A stretch of 64,000 nucleotides of DNA from Macrostomum hystrix (lineage: Eukaryota > Animalia > Platyhelminthes), in NCBI GenBank assembly GCA_950097015.1, contig CATNEN010000034.1, positions 4,774,001-4,838,000 of the forward strand, given 5' to 3'. Below, one piece after another: positions 25,249-58,230 of this stretch. Below the pieces are notes generated by a model. It searched no databases, was not told the origin of the DNA, and saw only the letters and a list, made by a program, of their open reading frames with translations. The first letter of the stretch is position 1; each line of letters begins with the position of its first letter. The translations under genes and the position numbers were made by a program.

Positions 25249-26421
25249 TTTACTGTTCTTGAAGCGAATATATCTCAGCCTTTTGCTTCTTTTCTAGCTG
25301 TAGCGTAAATGCAATAGATTAATCGTAATTGAAATTGAAAGCCTTGTTCGCTTGTATAGCTGCACTGTCAGTGATAGTTTGGCCGTGACAGAAGGTTTTA
25401 TCATGTTTATGAATTTATTTGCCACCGGATGTAACCAGCAAGCATGCAGCCTGCACTATAGTCATGCGCGACATTCCGATAAGAGTACAAAATTTGCATC
25501 ACTGCAGAAGCCCTGCGAATAAAAATCGAACTGAAGCAACATTTATAATTTAAACTACGTGAAGTTTATAAAAACTGCGAAGCATCAGATAAAAATATAT
25601 TGATTGCTTTAAATGTTATTTCATATAATATTAATTTTAATATTCGAATATTTTTAGCAAACGAAGTAAATACAAGCTCGTAAATGATTTAAAAAACCAA
25701 AGGAAAAAATTACTTTGCCACTTTTTGCATGATTTTTCAAAGTCATCAATTTATTTGCTGACGTATGCGCTCAACTTATTACAGTAGTAACGGTATATAA
25801 CAATGGTATTTTTAGCGTTGAAACATACCGATTTCTATAACGATCTGACGCTCCCCCCTAACCTCTGGGCATTCGTTGCCGGTGGGACTACGCTTAGTTA
25901 GTTTTAGTTAGTTATAACGACATTTAAAAAAGTTCGAAATTGTCGAAAAAAAATTTGTCGATTGAAGCTGAGAAACAAACAGTTTTTTTAATCATCTAAT
26001 GTTCATTTTTTAATTAAATCTCAAAATTACATTAAAAGCAGCAGAGGCTCTATAGATTTTAATGAAAAAAATTATGAAACATAATTAACTTCATGATTTA
26101 GAACGTTATTAAAATATAACGAATAAAAACAGAACAAGTTCAAACAAAGCAATACATATTAATCGTTCGCAAAGCAGTATGTGGGACAACTAAACATGTG
26201 GTATAATATTTAAACAGTATATAAAATTTTAACTTGCATACTGAAATCACTCTATCGCTTGGCTTGCCAATAGAACCATTTCAAAACATTTCATTTATAG
26301 AAATTCCAGCGTTTTGCCTCGTGTTGTCGTATATATTAGATCGTGAGACCTATAAGGTTAAAGAGTGGATTATAGCTGTTTACTGATTTATTGATTTTCT
26401 AGCTTAAAATAATCTTCATAA

Positions 26422-47533
<21,112 letters not shown>

Positions 47534-47919
47534 ATTTGTAATGCTACATATTCACTGTTTATCAGATAGACTTAATTGTTAGAATAGCCTTTTTATCATA
47601 AGAATATAGTGATCTGAAACATTTACGTATCTGTATACTTCTTGGCTGTTAGTTTTTTGTCTTACGTTGGACTGGTTCCGACTATCTAATTATATACTCG
47701 TATCTTTTATCTACGAGTATTATCGATAGGTTATGCTATCGATTTTCTTCAATTGTGATTCAGCTTAAAACAATTTTCAAGACTTTTAGTTAGACTAACA
47801 TTCCATCTTGCTATTTTTTATTGAAACTATACCGATACTTTTATCTGGTTTTCTTGATTAAATTTAAACAATATTGCACATTCAACACAATTTTTTCCTC
47901 ACAGGAAAAATTATGGAGC

Positions 47920-48525
47920 AGGGGGTGTGCATCGTAGTGAGGCGTAAGGTGGTTGTGAAAGATAAGAGATAATGACTCAGAGGGGTGTCCATCGGGTGAG
48001 GCGTGGGTTGGGTGTGAAAGATAAGAGATAATGACTCAGAGGGGTGTCCATCGGGTGAGGCGTGGGGTGGGTGTGAAAGATAAGAGATAATGACTCAGAG
48101 GGGTGTCCATCGGGTGAGGCGTGGGGTGGGTGTGAAAGATAATAGATAATGACTCAGAGGGGTGTCCATCGGGTGAGGCGTGGGGTTGGTGTGAAAGATA
48201 AGAGATAATGACTCAGAGGGGTGTGCATCGGGTGAGGCGTGAGGTGGTTGTGAAAGATAAGAGATAATGACTCAGAGGGGTGTCCATCGGGTGAGGCGTG
48301 GGTTGGGTGTGAAAGATAAGAGATAATGACTCAGAGGGGTGTGCATCGGGTGAGGCGTGAGGTGGTTGTGAAAGATAAGAGATAATGACTCAGAGGGGTG
48401 TCTATCGGGTGCGGCGTGGGGTGGGTGTGAAACATAAGAGATAATGACTCAGAGGGGTGTGCATCGGGTGAGGCGTGAGGTGGTTGTGAAAGATAAGAGA
48501 TAATGGCGCAGAGAGGTGTACATAG
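47920..48525. repeat. 59-bp minisatellite (GAAAGATAAGAGATAATGACTCAGAGGGGTGTCCATCGGGTGAGGCGTGGGGTGGGTGT)n downstream of the EML stop
   Basis: About 10 units; the register shifts 1 nt per 60-nt line, giving a period of 59. Confidence 0.96.
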
Positions 48526-49164
48526 GCGTGGACTTTAAAATAAAGACTGTAACAACATAAATTTTTCTGAAACTCTTTACCATGTGACATTACCATTTTT
48601 CTGTCTTACTTCGCTAGTTTCTTTTAATCACAGTTAATAAATTCGAATTAATGTCACCAAAATCTTTTGTTATGTTGTCCTACATTTGCAAGGCCACCCA
48701 TGACAATACCCCATGGCTTGAATCCTAAAAAAATTGTGAACCATTGATTTTTGCCCGCACTTTGCTACAATAACTTGTCTACAATTATTTACTTTTTTAG
48801 TGACACATTCCGATCAAACCAACCAACCAATCGTGCTTACTTCTCTTTATAATATTGTGCTCTACTTTAAGCTATACACAGTTGTATCCACTTACTCTCT
48901 AATCAATTTTTATTTAATTAACTATGAAGAATTATGGAATTTTTCAATGGAAAAACGAACAAAAGTATTAAACAACTGTTGTCTTTTATTACATGAATAT
49001 ATATTTTTATCAATCTCCAAATTTAGCGGAACTATAAATCACAAAATATTAGGCGCATTCGAACAATGCTACTTGTTAGTAGGACATTCAAGCCATTTTG
49101 TTATCGATTTCAGAATCCAAAACATTAATGTCTGCCGTACAGATCAGCATTTCACTTGATTCAG

Positions 49165-49998
49165 GGGCTCCAGACGGTCAAGCCAAGAAGTTCGATAGTA
49201 CAGTCGGCGATGACAGCGGCTGCTGCGACTACGGCAAGGTCATCGAGAACTGCCGCGCTCTTCAGCACGATGTTAATGCGATACTGTCGAAAGGTTTGTG
49301 AGCCAGACTGCTCTGGCTATTGTGCTAGCCCTGCCAACCTGCCTGCCAGCCACCCTGCCTGCCTGCCACCCTGCCTGCCTGCCACCCTGCCTGCCTACCA
49401 TCCCGCCTGCCTGCCACCCTGCCTGCCTACCACCCTGCCTGCCACCCTGCCTGCCTGCCACCCTGCCTGCCTGCCACCCTGCCTGCCACCCTGCCTGCCT
49501 GCCACCCTGCCTGCCACCTTGCCTGCCTGCCACCCTGCCTGCCTGCCACCCTGCCTGCCACCTTGCCTGCCTGCCACCCTGCCTGCCTGCCACCCTGCCT
49601 GCCTACCATCCCGCCTGCCTGCCACCCTGCCTGCCTACCACCCTGCCTGCCACCCTGCCTGCCTGCCACCCTGCCTGCCTGCCACCCTGCCTGCCACCCT
49701 GCCTGCCTGCCACCCTGCCTGCCTGCCACCCTGCCTGCCACCCTGCCTGCCTGCCACCCTGCCTGCCTGCCACCCTGCCTGCCTGCCACCCTGCCTGCCT
49801 ACCACCCTGCCTGCCTGCCACCCTGCCTGCCTGCCACCCTGCCTGCCACCCTGCCTGCCTGCCACCCTGCCTGCCTGCCACCCTGCCTGCCATCCTGCCT
49901 GTCTTCAAAAACCTGAAATCATTCCCTCAGAACTAAACGAATCCAACACTGGCAAGCTGGACTACGGCTTAGAGGAGACACCGGATGACATTGACTGA
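49165..49998 (+). CDS. Orphan gene fragment, two terminal exons 49165-49293 and 49931-49998 (5' end not found)
   Basis: Acceptor gattcag|GG, donor AAAG|gtttgt and acceptor ccctcag|AA join in phase 1 to give ..APDGQAKKFDSTVGDDSGCCDYGKVIENCRALQHDVNAILSKELNESNTGKLDYGLEETPDDID*. Codons are GC-rich like the other exons. No family recognised. Confidence 0.6.
   Translation, partial: GLQTVKPRSSIVQSAMTAAAATTARSSRTAALFSTMLMRYCRKVCEPDCSGYCASPANLPASHPACLPPCLPATLPAYHPACLPPCLPTTLPATLPACHPACLPPCLPPCLPATLPATLPACHPACLPPCLPPCLPATLPACHPACLPSRLPATLPAYHPACHPACLPPCLPATLPATLPACHPACLPPCLPPCLPATLPACHPACLPPCLPTTLPACHPACLPPCLPPCLPATLPACHPACHPACLQKPEIIPSELNESNTGKLDYGLEETPDDID
49330..49902. repeat. CCTG-based satellite (CCACCCTGCCTGCCTG)n filling the orphan-gene intron
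   Basis: Lies between the donor at 49294 and the acceptor at 49930. Confidence 0.95.
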
Positions 49999-50289
49999 CT
50001 GGTGCAGCAATATTTTCAATCTGTGTCTAGCTTGTGTGCTTACAATACTTGTTTTTCGCATTTTAATCCGAGTCTATTGTTGCGTTAGCAGTTGCTTTTG
50101 TGTGAAATAAACTGGTCCGTTGCTTTCCGCTTACTGTCGTTAAGGTAATTGATGTATTCTCTGACAAGAAGGCAACGAATTTGCGAGAAATAATTATTAT
50201 TAATAGATATTTCCCAGCACTCTTTTAATGTCAGTGGTTTGGTTACAAAAAACTGGCTTTAGATTTCAGTGTAAGCCTGCCGATCTCTC

Positions 50290-51480
50290 TTCCCATGACT
50301 CTCTTCTCCCTTCTGTGATTTCCCATGACTCTCTTCTCCCCTCTGTGATTTCCCATGACTCTCTTCTCCCTTCTGTGATTTCCCATGACTCTCTTCTCCC
50401 TTCTGTGATTTCCCATGACTCTCTTCTCCCTTCTGTGATTTCCCATGACTCTCTTCTCCCCTCTGTGAATTCCCATGACTCTCTTCTCCCTTCTGTGATT
50501 TCTCAAGACTCTCTTCTCCCCTCTGTGAATTCCCATGACTCTCTTCTCCCCTCCGTGAATTCCCAAGACTCTCTTCTCCCCTCTGTGAATTCCCAAGACT
50601 CTCTTCTCCCCTCCGTGAATTCCCAAGACTCTCTTCTCCCCTCTGTGAATTCCCAAGACTCTCTTCTCCCCTCCGTGAATTCCCAAGACTCTCTTCTCCC
50701 CTCTGTGATTTCTCATGACTCTCTTCTCCCCTCTGTGAATTCCCAAGACTCTCTTCTCCCTTCTGTGATTTCCCATGACTCACTTCTCCCCTCTGTGATT
50801 TCTCATGACTCTCTTCTATCCTCTGTGATTTCCCATGACTCTCTTCTCCCCTCTGTGATTTCCCATGACTCTCTTCTCCCCTCCGTGAATTCCCAAGACT
50901 CTCTTCTCCCCTCTGTGAATTCCCATGACTCTCTTCTCCCCTCCGTGAATTCCCAAGACTCTCTTCTCCCCTCTGTGAATTCCCAAGACTCTCTTCTCCC
51001 CTCCGTGAATTCCCAAGACTCTCTTCTCCCCTCCGTGAATTCCCAAGACTCTCTTCTCCCCTCTGTGATTTCTCATGACTCTCTTCTCCCCTCTGTGAAT
51101 TCCCAAGACTCTCTTCTCCCCTCTGTGATTTCCCATGACTCTCTTCTCCCTTCTGTGATTTCTCAAGACTCTCTTCTCCCCTCTAAAATTTCCCATGACT
51201 CTCTTCTCCCCTCTGAGTTTCCAAAACAAGCCATAGATCAAAGCTTATCCGCCGCTCCAGCATAAGCATAAAGTTACTTGAGCTGTGTTTATAAACAACT
51301 TTTATCAATTTACCCTCTGTGAATTCCCAAGACTCTCTTCTCCCTTCTGTGATTTCTCATGACTCTCTTCTCCCCTCTGTGATTTCTCATGACTCTCTTC
51401 TCCCTTCTGTGATTTCTCATGACTCTCTTCTCCCTTCTGTGATTTCCCATGACTCCCTTCTCCCCTATAAAATTTCTTAT
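50290..51480. repeat. 30-bp minisatellite (TCCCATGACTCTCTTCTCCCCTCTGTGATT)n
   Basis: About 30 units at 50290-51210, a ~100-nt interruption, then about 6 more. Confidence 0.96.
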
Positions 51481-52487
51481 GATTCTCTTCTCCCCAATTT
51501 AAATTTCATTGACCCTTTTCTCCCCTTTCTTTTCTGTACTTTTCTACTTTTTTTAAGTCTACTTTTCCCTCCATTCCCAACTTAGCGATTACGCAGCAGT
51601 TACAAGAAGAATGGATAATTTACTGTCAGCAAATAACAAATTGCCTAGCAGATTTCGCGTCGGCAGGCAGGTTACTTGAAGAAATCTAGATAAGGTTTAT
51701 TAAAAGGCTAGTTTTAGTCAGTAAATACTGTTATTCTGTTCTCTTAATTCTGTTAGATGAAGTACAGATGATGTAAAAGGAAATGGAACAAATCCAATGA
51801 ACATCTTCCAAACGCCTGATGGGATAAGCATCTTTAGCGGAAAGGGCGCGTTCAGATTCCAGTCAGTTCACATACAGCTTTCTTATCTTTCTTCATCATG
51901 GAAAAATGTATCCGGCTTGGCAGCTTGTCAGAAATCCCAGTTTATTAACCCAGAAATCTCACTGGGCTTGGCTTTAGGAGAAAAATTACATTTTTTGTTC
52001 ACTAACTATAAAATGCAAGCCTGCTATTCTGCTTGCCCTCTAGCATGGCACTAATTGCCTCTAGCAAAATACTTAAGACGGCCTAAATGCATTCTTTATT
52101 GTTGAAATCCGGTCCGATTCCCCCGTATCAGTTGGTGTAAATATGGCCTGAGTAGACACGCCTGTATCGCCTACTGGGCTCATATATGGTCATCGCATAT
52201 AGCTAGCACTCTCAGAGCCCACTCAGGAATGGATTGCGTGCAGCATTCTGAGCTGATTCCGGTCGGCTAATGAGCTGCTCTGTTATCTGCTAGTACCCAT
52301 TCTTTTCATCTGTTTATATGCGATTAGATATTGGCTTGGAAGATCAATTGAAATTTTATCATAGCTTCTTGTCAATTATCAGAGCCCTGTCACTGTCACT
52401 GTGGCCTGTGACGTCTTTGACTGATGATTATAAGTACATTCTTGTTGTTGTTCTAGACGAGGGGTCGATACCAAAGGCCAGATACGG

Positions 52488-53190
52488 CCTCATCTCTCCC
52501 CTATCTCATCTCTCCCGTATCTCATCTCTGTCCTGTCTCATCTCTCCCCTATCTCATCTCTCTCCTGTCTCATCTCTCCCGTGTCTCATCTCCCCCCTGT
52601 CTCATCTCTCTCCTGTCTCATCTCTCTCCTATCTCATCTCTCTCCTGTATCATCTCTCTCCTGTCTCATCTCTCTCCTGTATCATCTCTCTCCTGTCTCA
52701 TCTCTCCCGTGTCTCATCTCTCCCCTGTCTCATCTCTCTCCTGTCTCATCTCTCTCCTGTCGCATCTCTCTCCTGTATCATCTCTCTCCTGTCTCATCTC
52801 TCTCCTGTATCATCTCTCTCCTGTCTCATCTCTCTCCTGTCTCATCTCTCTCCTGTATCATCTCTCTCCTGTCTCATCTCTCCCCTATCTCATCTCTCTC
52901 CTGTCTCATCTCTCCCCTGTCACATCTCTCTCCTGTCTCATCTCTCCTGTCTCATTTCTCTCTCATTTCTCATCTCTCTCCTGTATCATCTCTCTCCTGT
53001 CTCATCTCTCTCCTGTCTCATCTCTCTCCTGTATCATCTCTCTCCTGTCTCATCTCTCCCCTATCTCATCTCTCTCCTGTCTCATCTCTCCCCTGTCACA
53101 TCTCTCTCCTGTCTCATCTCTCCTGTCTCATTTCTCTCTCATTTCTCATCTCTCTCCTGTCTCATCTCTGATCAATCTCATCTGTCCCCT
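52488..53190. repeat. 16-bp minisatellite family A variant (TGTCTCATCTCTCTCC / CCCC)n
   Basis: Same core as 1-1790, with an internal ~176-bp duplication. Confidence 0.94.
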
Positions 53191-53689
53191 GTCCACCCTT
53201 TCAGGAGCCATACTTTTTATTTCCTTGTCGACTTACGATGTACAATTTCCATGTACCTAAGCAAATTATGCTAAGTTGAATAAGCTAGGACTAAAATCTC
53301 GCTTTAAAAAATTACCGCTTATAACATGACAAGCTTTTCGGGCTTAGCGCAACTGTACATCAGTACGAGCCTCGTAGCATTCAGATGCAGTTTATCGGCG
53401 AGTATGGAAACTAAATCGCTTGGGTGTTTTTAATCCAGTGAAAGCCCATCAAGGATTTAAAATGACAAAAAAAATCCATGAAGGATTACTGGACCACAAT
53501 TGATATTTAGAAGAGATTTAGAAGCGACTTTCCATTTAGAAGCCGCTGTCAGGGCCTCAGTTGAAGGCTCAGGCTCAGGCCCGATCGGGCTGATTCATGT
53601 TGATGAACGAAGAGGCCTTTGAAATTCCCTTTCGCTGTCAAAAAAAATTAACTTTTAAAGCCATTGCTGAGAGGTGAGAGAACTTCAGG

Positions 53690-54125
53690 ATTATGTGAAA
53701 CTTCAGGGAAATAAGACACTTCAGGGAAAAGTATGAAACTTCAGGCAAGTGTGTGAAACTTCAGGCAAGTGTGTGAAACTTCAGGTAGGTGTGAAACTTC
53801 AGGCAAGTGTGTGAAACTTCAGGTAGGTGTGAAACTTCAGGCAAGTGTGAAACCTCAGGCAAGTGTGTGAAACTTCAGGCAAGTGTGAAACTTCAGGCAA
53901 GTGTGAAACTTCAGGCAAGTGTGTGAAACTTCAGGCCAGTGTGAAACTTCAGGCAAGTGTATGAAACTTCAGGTAGGTGTGAAACTTCAGGCCAGTGTGA
54001 AACTTCAGGCAAGTGTGTGAAACTTCAGGCATTTGTGAAACTTCAGGCAAGTGTATGAAACTTCAGGCCAGTGTGAAACTTCAGGCCAGTGTGAAACTTC
54101 AGGCAAGTGTGAAACTTAAGGCCAG
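53690..54125. repeat. 18-20-bp minisatellite (GTGTGAAACTTCAGGCAA)n
   Basis: About 22 units. Confidence 0.94.
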
Positions 54126-54314
54126 TGTAAAATCTCAAAAAGTGGAAAACTTCAGAGATGAGAAAGTTGAGAGAGAAAACCTAATAATTTTAGATTATAC
54201 TCAGAAATTCATATCGGACACAGAAAAAAAATTACCATGGCTTGGGGATTTGGGCGTTGGAGCGAAAGCTGTCACGCTTACAAGTGAAGGTGCTCATCGA
54301 TCGAAAGTCAGCCT

Positions 54315-54392
54315 TATAAAAATAATCCCCCCCTGTTCTTCCCCTCCCTATAAGCCGAGCGGGTCCCGGTTTCATCTCGTCTCCATGGAAAC
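54315..54392 (+). promoter_or_regulatory. Candidate promoter: TATAAAAA (54315) and palindromic RFX X-box GTCTCCATGGAAAC (54379-54392)
   Basis: The 14-mer matches RTHNYYWTRRNRAC on both strands and sits in a short CpG-rich island (54350-54430). Confidence 0.45.
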
Positions 54393-54844
54393 CGGATACA
54401 AACCGGACGGAAGGGCGGCGCGCGCACACATGCAAGCAGTTTCGCAGTGAAGCCAGTTGATTTCAGACTGCAAGATCAGATGTTTGCTAATCCTGTCGCT
54501 TCAGCATTCTGTAACGGAAGCTGCCGTCGCTTACTAGTCAAACTATTTCGGCGCATTGTATTGTGGTCGTGTTTTTTTTTTGCTTTCGGAAGATGAGCCA
54601 CTTTGGCAACAGACATTTCTGGATGGACCTGCTGCTATTTTTCCTTCAGAATGAAACTCGTTAGTTCAAACCGCATTTCGGAAGCCAGAAATTTTATTTA
54701 AAAGTCGTGACGAATTAAAGCATCTGTTCCTGACCTTCCAAGAAAAATTGCTTTGTATTGGCAAATTAAAACTGACTACTGTACTAAGCGAACCATTGAT
54801 GTGCTCTATGTATCATTTGTGTGAATATTTACATACAAGTCCGT

Positions 54845-55030
54845 CCTGCGAGAGTGTACCTGAATATAACACCAGCGAGAGTGTACCTTTGTACATCACC
54901 TGCGAGAGTGTACCTTTGTACATCACCTGCGAGAGTGTACCTTTGTACATCACCTGCGAGAGTGTACCTGAATATATCACCTGCGAGAGTGTACATGTAT
55001 ATATCACATGCGAGAGTGTACCTGTGTATA
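54845..55030. repeat. 27-bp minisatellite (CCTGCGAGAGTGTACCTTTGTACATCA)n
   Basis: About 6-7 units. Confidence 0.92.
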
Positions 55031-55581
55031 TCCTGAGTTTTTGAAGCAGAGTACATCACTTTGTGAGTTTTTGAGGCTCTGGCTGATCGTACTGAGAATT
55101 TTTTCTCTTAGTACTTTGGAGAATGCTAGATTATAGCTCAATTTTGTAATGTGACAGACAGTGCCAAGCAATAATGCATATTGCAGTGACAGGTAGAAAA
55201 AAATTTATTGATTCCCCAAGGCAATAAGTCGACGGACTTTTTTGCTGTGATTAGGGCTAGGACATTAATATTTTGTCCTGCAAACTATCGTGTTTTAAAC
55301 TAAGCAGCTGCACTAGTGTTATATTGACTGTTATATTCAGAGCTATAAACTCGTATCATTAAGTTTCCAGTGCACTAATCAGTTAAGGTGAACTCCAAGA
55401 TGGATAGGCGTTGTTACTTTCTGTCATTTAATTAAATTAATCAAAGCGAATCTTCATGCCAGCCTGTTTAGGAAAATCTGATTTTATGCTACTAAATTGT
55501 GCCTTGTTGGAGTGCATAGACACTTTAATTTAAACTGCCGAGCACTCCGTTTGCAAATACATTTTTACTAGCCGAAGAGAC

Positions 55582-56415
55582 AGTGAGACAGAGAGACAGA
55601 GAGACAGAGAGACAGACAGAAAGGACAGAGAGACAGACAGAAGAGACAGAGACAGAGAGACAGACAGAAAAGACAGAGAGACAGAGAGACAGAGAGAAAA
55701 GACAGAGAGACAGAGAGACAGAGAGACAGAGAGACAGAGAGAAAAGACAGAGACAGAGAGACAGACAGAAAAGACAGAGAGACAGAGAGACAGAGAGAAA
55801 AGACAGAGAGACAGAGAGAAAAGACAGAGAGACAGAGAGACAGAGAGACAGAGAGACAGAGAGACAGACAGAGAGACAGACAGAAGAGACAGAGAGACAG
55901 AGAGACAGAGAGACAGACAAAGACACAGACAGAAAGGACAGAGAGACAGACAGAAGAGACAGACAGAAAGGACAGAGAGACAGACAGAGAGACAGACAGA
56001 GAGACAGACAGAAAAGACAGAGAGACAGACAGAGAGACAGACAGAGAGACAGACAGAAAAGACAGAGAGACAGACAGAGAGACAGACAGAGAGACAGACA
56101 GAAGAGACAGACAGAGAGACAGACAGAAGAGACAGATAGAGAGACAGACAGAAGAGACAGACAGAGAGATAGAGAGAAAAGACAGAAGAGACAGAGAGAC
56201 AGAGAGGCAGAAAGAGAGACAGAGAGACAGAGAGACAGACAGAAGAGACAGACAGAGAGACAGACAGAAGAGACAGACAGAAAAGACAGAGAGACAGACA
56301 GAGGAGACAGAGAGACAGAGAGACAGAGAGACAGACAGAAAAGACAGAGAGACAGAGAGACAGACAGAGCGACAGAGAGACAGACAGAAAAGACAGAGAG
56401 ACAGAGAGACAGACA
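55582..56415. repeat. Compound (GACA)/(GA) microsatellite
   Basis: Mosaic of GACAGA, GAGA and AAAA units. Confidence 0.96.
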
Positions 56416-56702
56416 GTGTTTGTGAGCTAGTTCTCAACTATTGAAAAAAAAACTAAGTAGGCCGTCAATTGAGCTTGGAAAACTATAGGCTATAAACGAC
56501 GCGGTCACTCTCAGCGCTGCTAACGACCAGTAGTCTATTTAAATCAATTTAATTGGGGTGGGCAAATAAACGTACATGCTGAAGCCCAAGAATGAGTTGC
56601 CGCCAGAGAGAAAATGACTCAGCGCATGGGGGTAGAAATTTAGTACGCGTGCAATAAATTACAAATAATGAAAAATAATAATATTGAAACATACTCTTTA
56701 AA

Positions 56703-57262
56703 CCAGACAGAGAGACAGACAGAAAAGACAGAGAGACAGACAGAGAGACAGACAGAGAGACAGACAGACAGAAAAGACAGAGAGACAGACAGAGAGACAG
56801 ACAGAGAGACAGACAGAAAAGACAGAGAGACAGACAGAAAAGACAGAGAGACAGACAGAGAGACAGAGAGACAGACAGAGAGACAGACAGAAAAGACAGA
56901 GAGACAGACAGAAAAGACAGAGAGACAGACAGAGAGACAGACAGAAAAGACAGAGAGACAGACAGAAAAGACAGAGAGACAGACAGAAAAGACAGAGAGA
57001 CAGACAGAAAAGACAGAGAGACAGACAGAGAGACAGACAGAAAAGACAGAGAGACAGACAGAAAAGACAGAGAGACAGACAGAGAGACAGACAGAAAAGA
57101 CAGAGAGACAGACAGAAAAGACAGAGAGACAGACAGAGAGACAGAGAGACAGACAGAGAGACAGACAGAGAGACAGACAGAGAGACAGACAGAGAGACAG
57201 ACAGAGAGACAGACAGAGAGACAGACAGAAAAGACAGAGAGACAGACAGAGAGACAGATACA
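56703..57262. repeat. Compound (GACA)/(GA) microsatellite, second block
   Basis: Same composition, separated from the first block by about 290 nt of unique sequence. Confidence 0.96.
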
Positions 57263-58230
57263 GATACAATTCTGCTCACAAAGTTTCATCATGTAACTAT
57301 CTCGGCTGTTATTGTTCCTATTTTATTTCTGAACCAATATGGATTGGCCATAGAGGTATGCAAAGAGCAACGTGAGCTGTCCTTGTCCCCAGGGTCTTGA
57401 ACAAGAATAGCTGAATATTTTGCCGATACTGACGTTGGACAGTTTTGGAAGTTAGTTGGTCGTAAAGGGCGGAAAATGGTTATCCCTATGGTGGGCTTTT
57501 TCAAAAATCGGTCATTCGGTTTGGGAGCTGTCGTGAATAAGGCACAGGGTAATTTAATTTTTTTTAGTTTTTCTTTAAGTAAGTTCATCAGCATTGCCTA
57601 ACTGCTCAGTTGTCACTCCAGTTTCTACATATAGAACTCTATTTTCGAGGCCTTCAAATTCCAATTCTGATTGATCCACCCGACCAGCTGGGAATTAATT
57701 GCGCTTCCTACGCCAGCCTATCTAGGGACGAATTAACCGATCTGCTCAAAGAGGCCGAATTTTTTCAATGGACGGAGACCACAAAGGAGACGGTGATTTA
57801 TTAGCGCCGGTAAATTGAGCAGCTTTGAGCTAACTACTTCCCAACTCATTACAATCACGTTAATAGATGAAAATTATTTCTTTTTGTAGCTTCTGCTAGC
57901 ATCGGGTGCAATTTTTAAGTGGAAACGATTTGGATTTCGGACTAACGAAAGGCTACAACTATACGGTGTGGCCTCGTCAGAACCCCTTTGCTCCCAATTC
58001 TCCTAGATGATTTTCATAGTTTCTTTTTCTATTCTAGATTCTGCATGCAATTGGTTCTACCATCCAATGGGGGCTAACGGTCGGATTGAAGCGATCTGAT
58101 TGGTCCGCCGCTCACTGCCCTCCCCTCCTCCGCAGTTAAGTCTTCTCTTTTTTAAATTTCTGGATTTGGCCAGCTCAAATCTCTCTCGCCTCTTTCTTTC
58201 TATCTGTCTCTGCTTAACAGACGCAACGGC

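Noticed and set aside
48800-49159. 119-aa ORF and other short ORFs in AT-rich spacers (8-11 kb, 20.4-20.8 kb, 51.8-52 kb, 57.3-57.8 kb, 62.0-62.3 kb)
   Set aside because: Non-ATG or weak starts, codon usage unlike the real exons, and no motifs.
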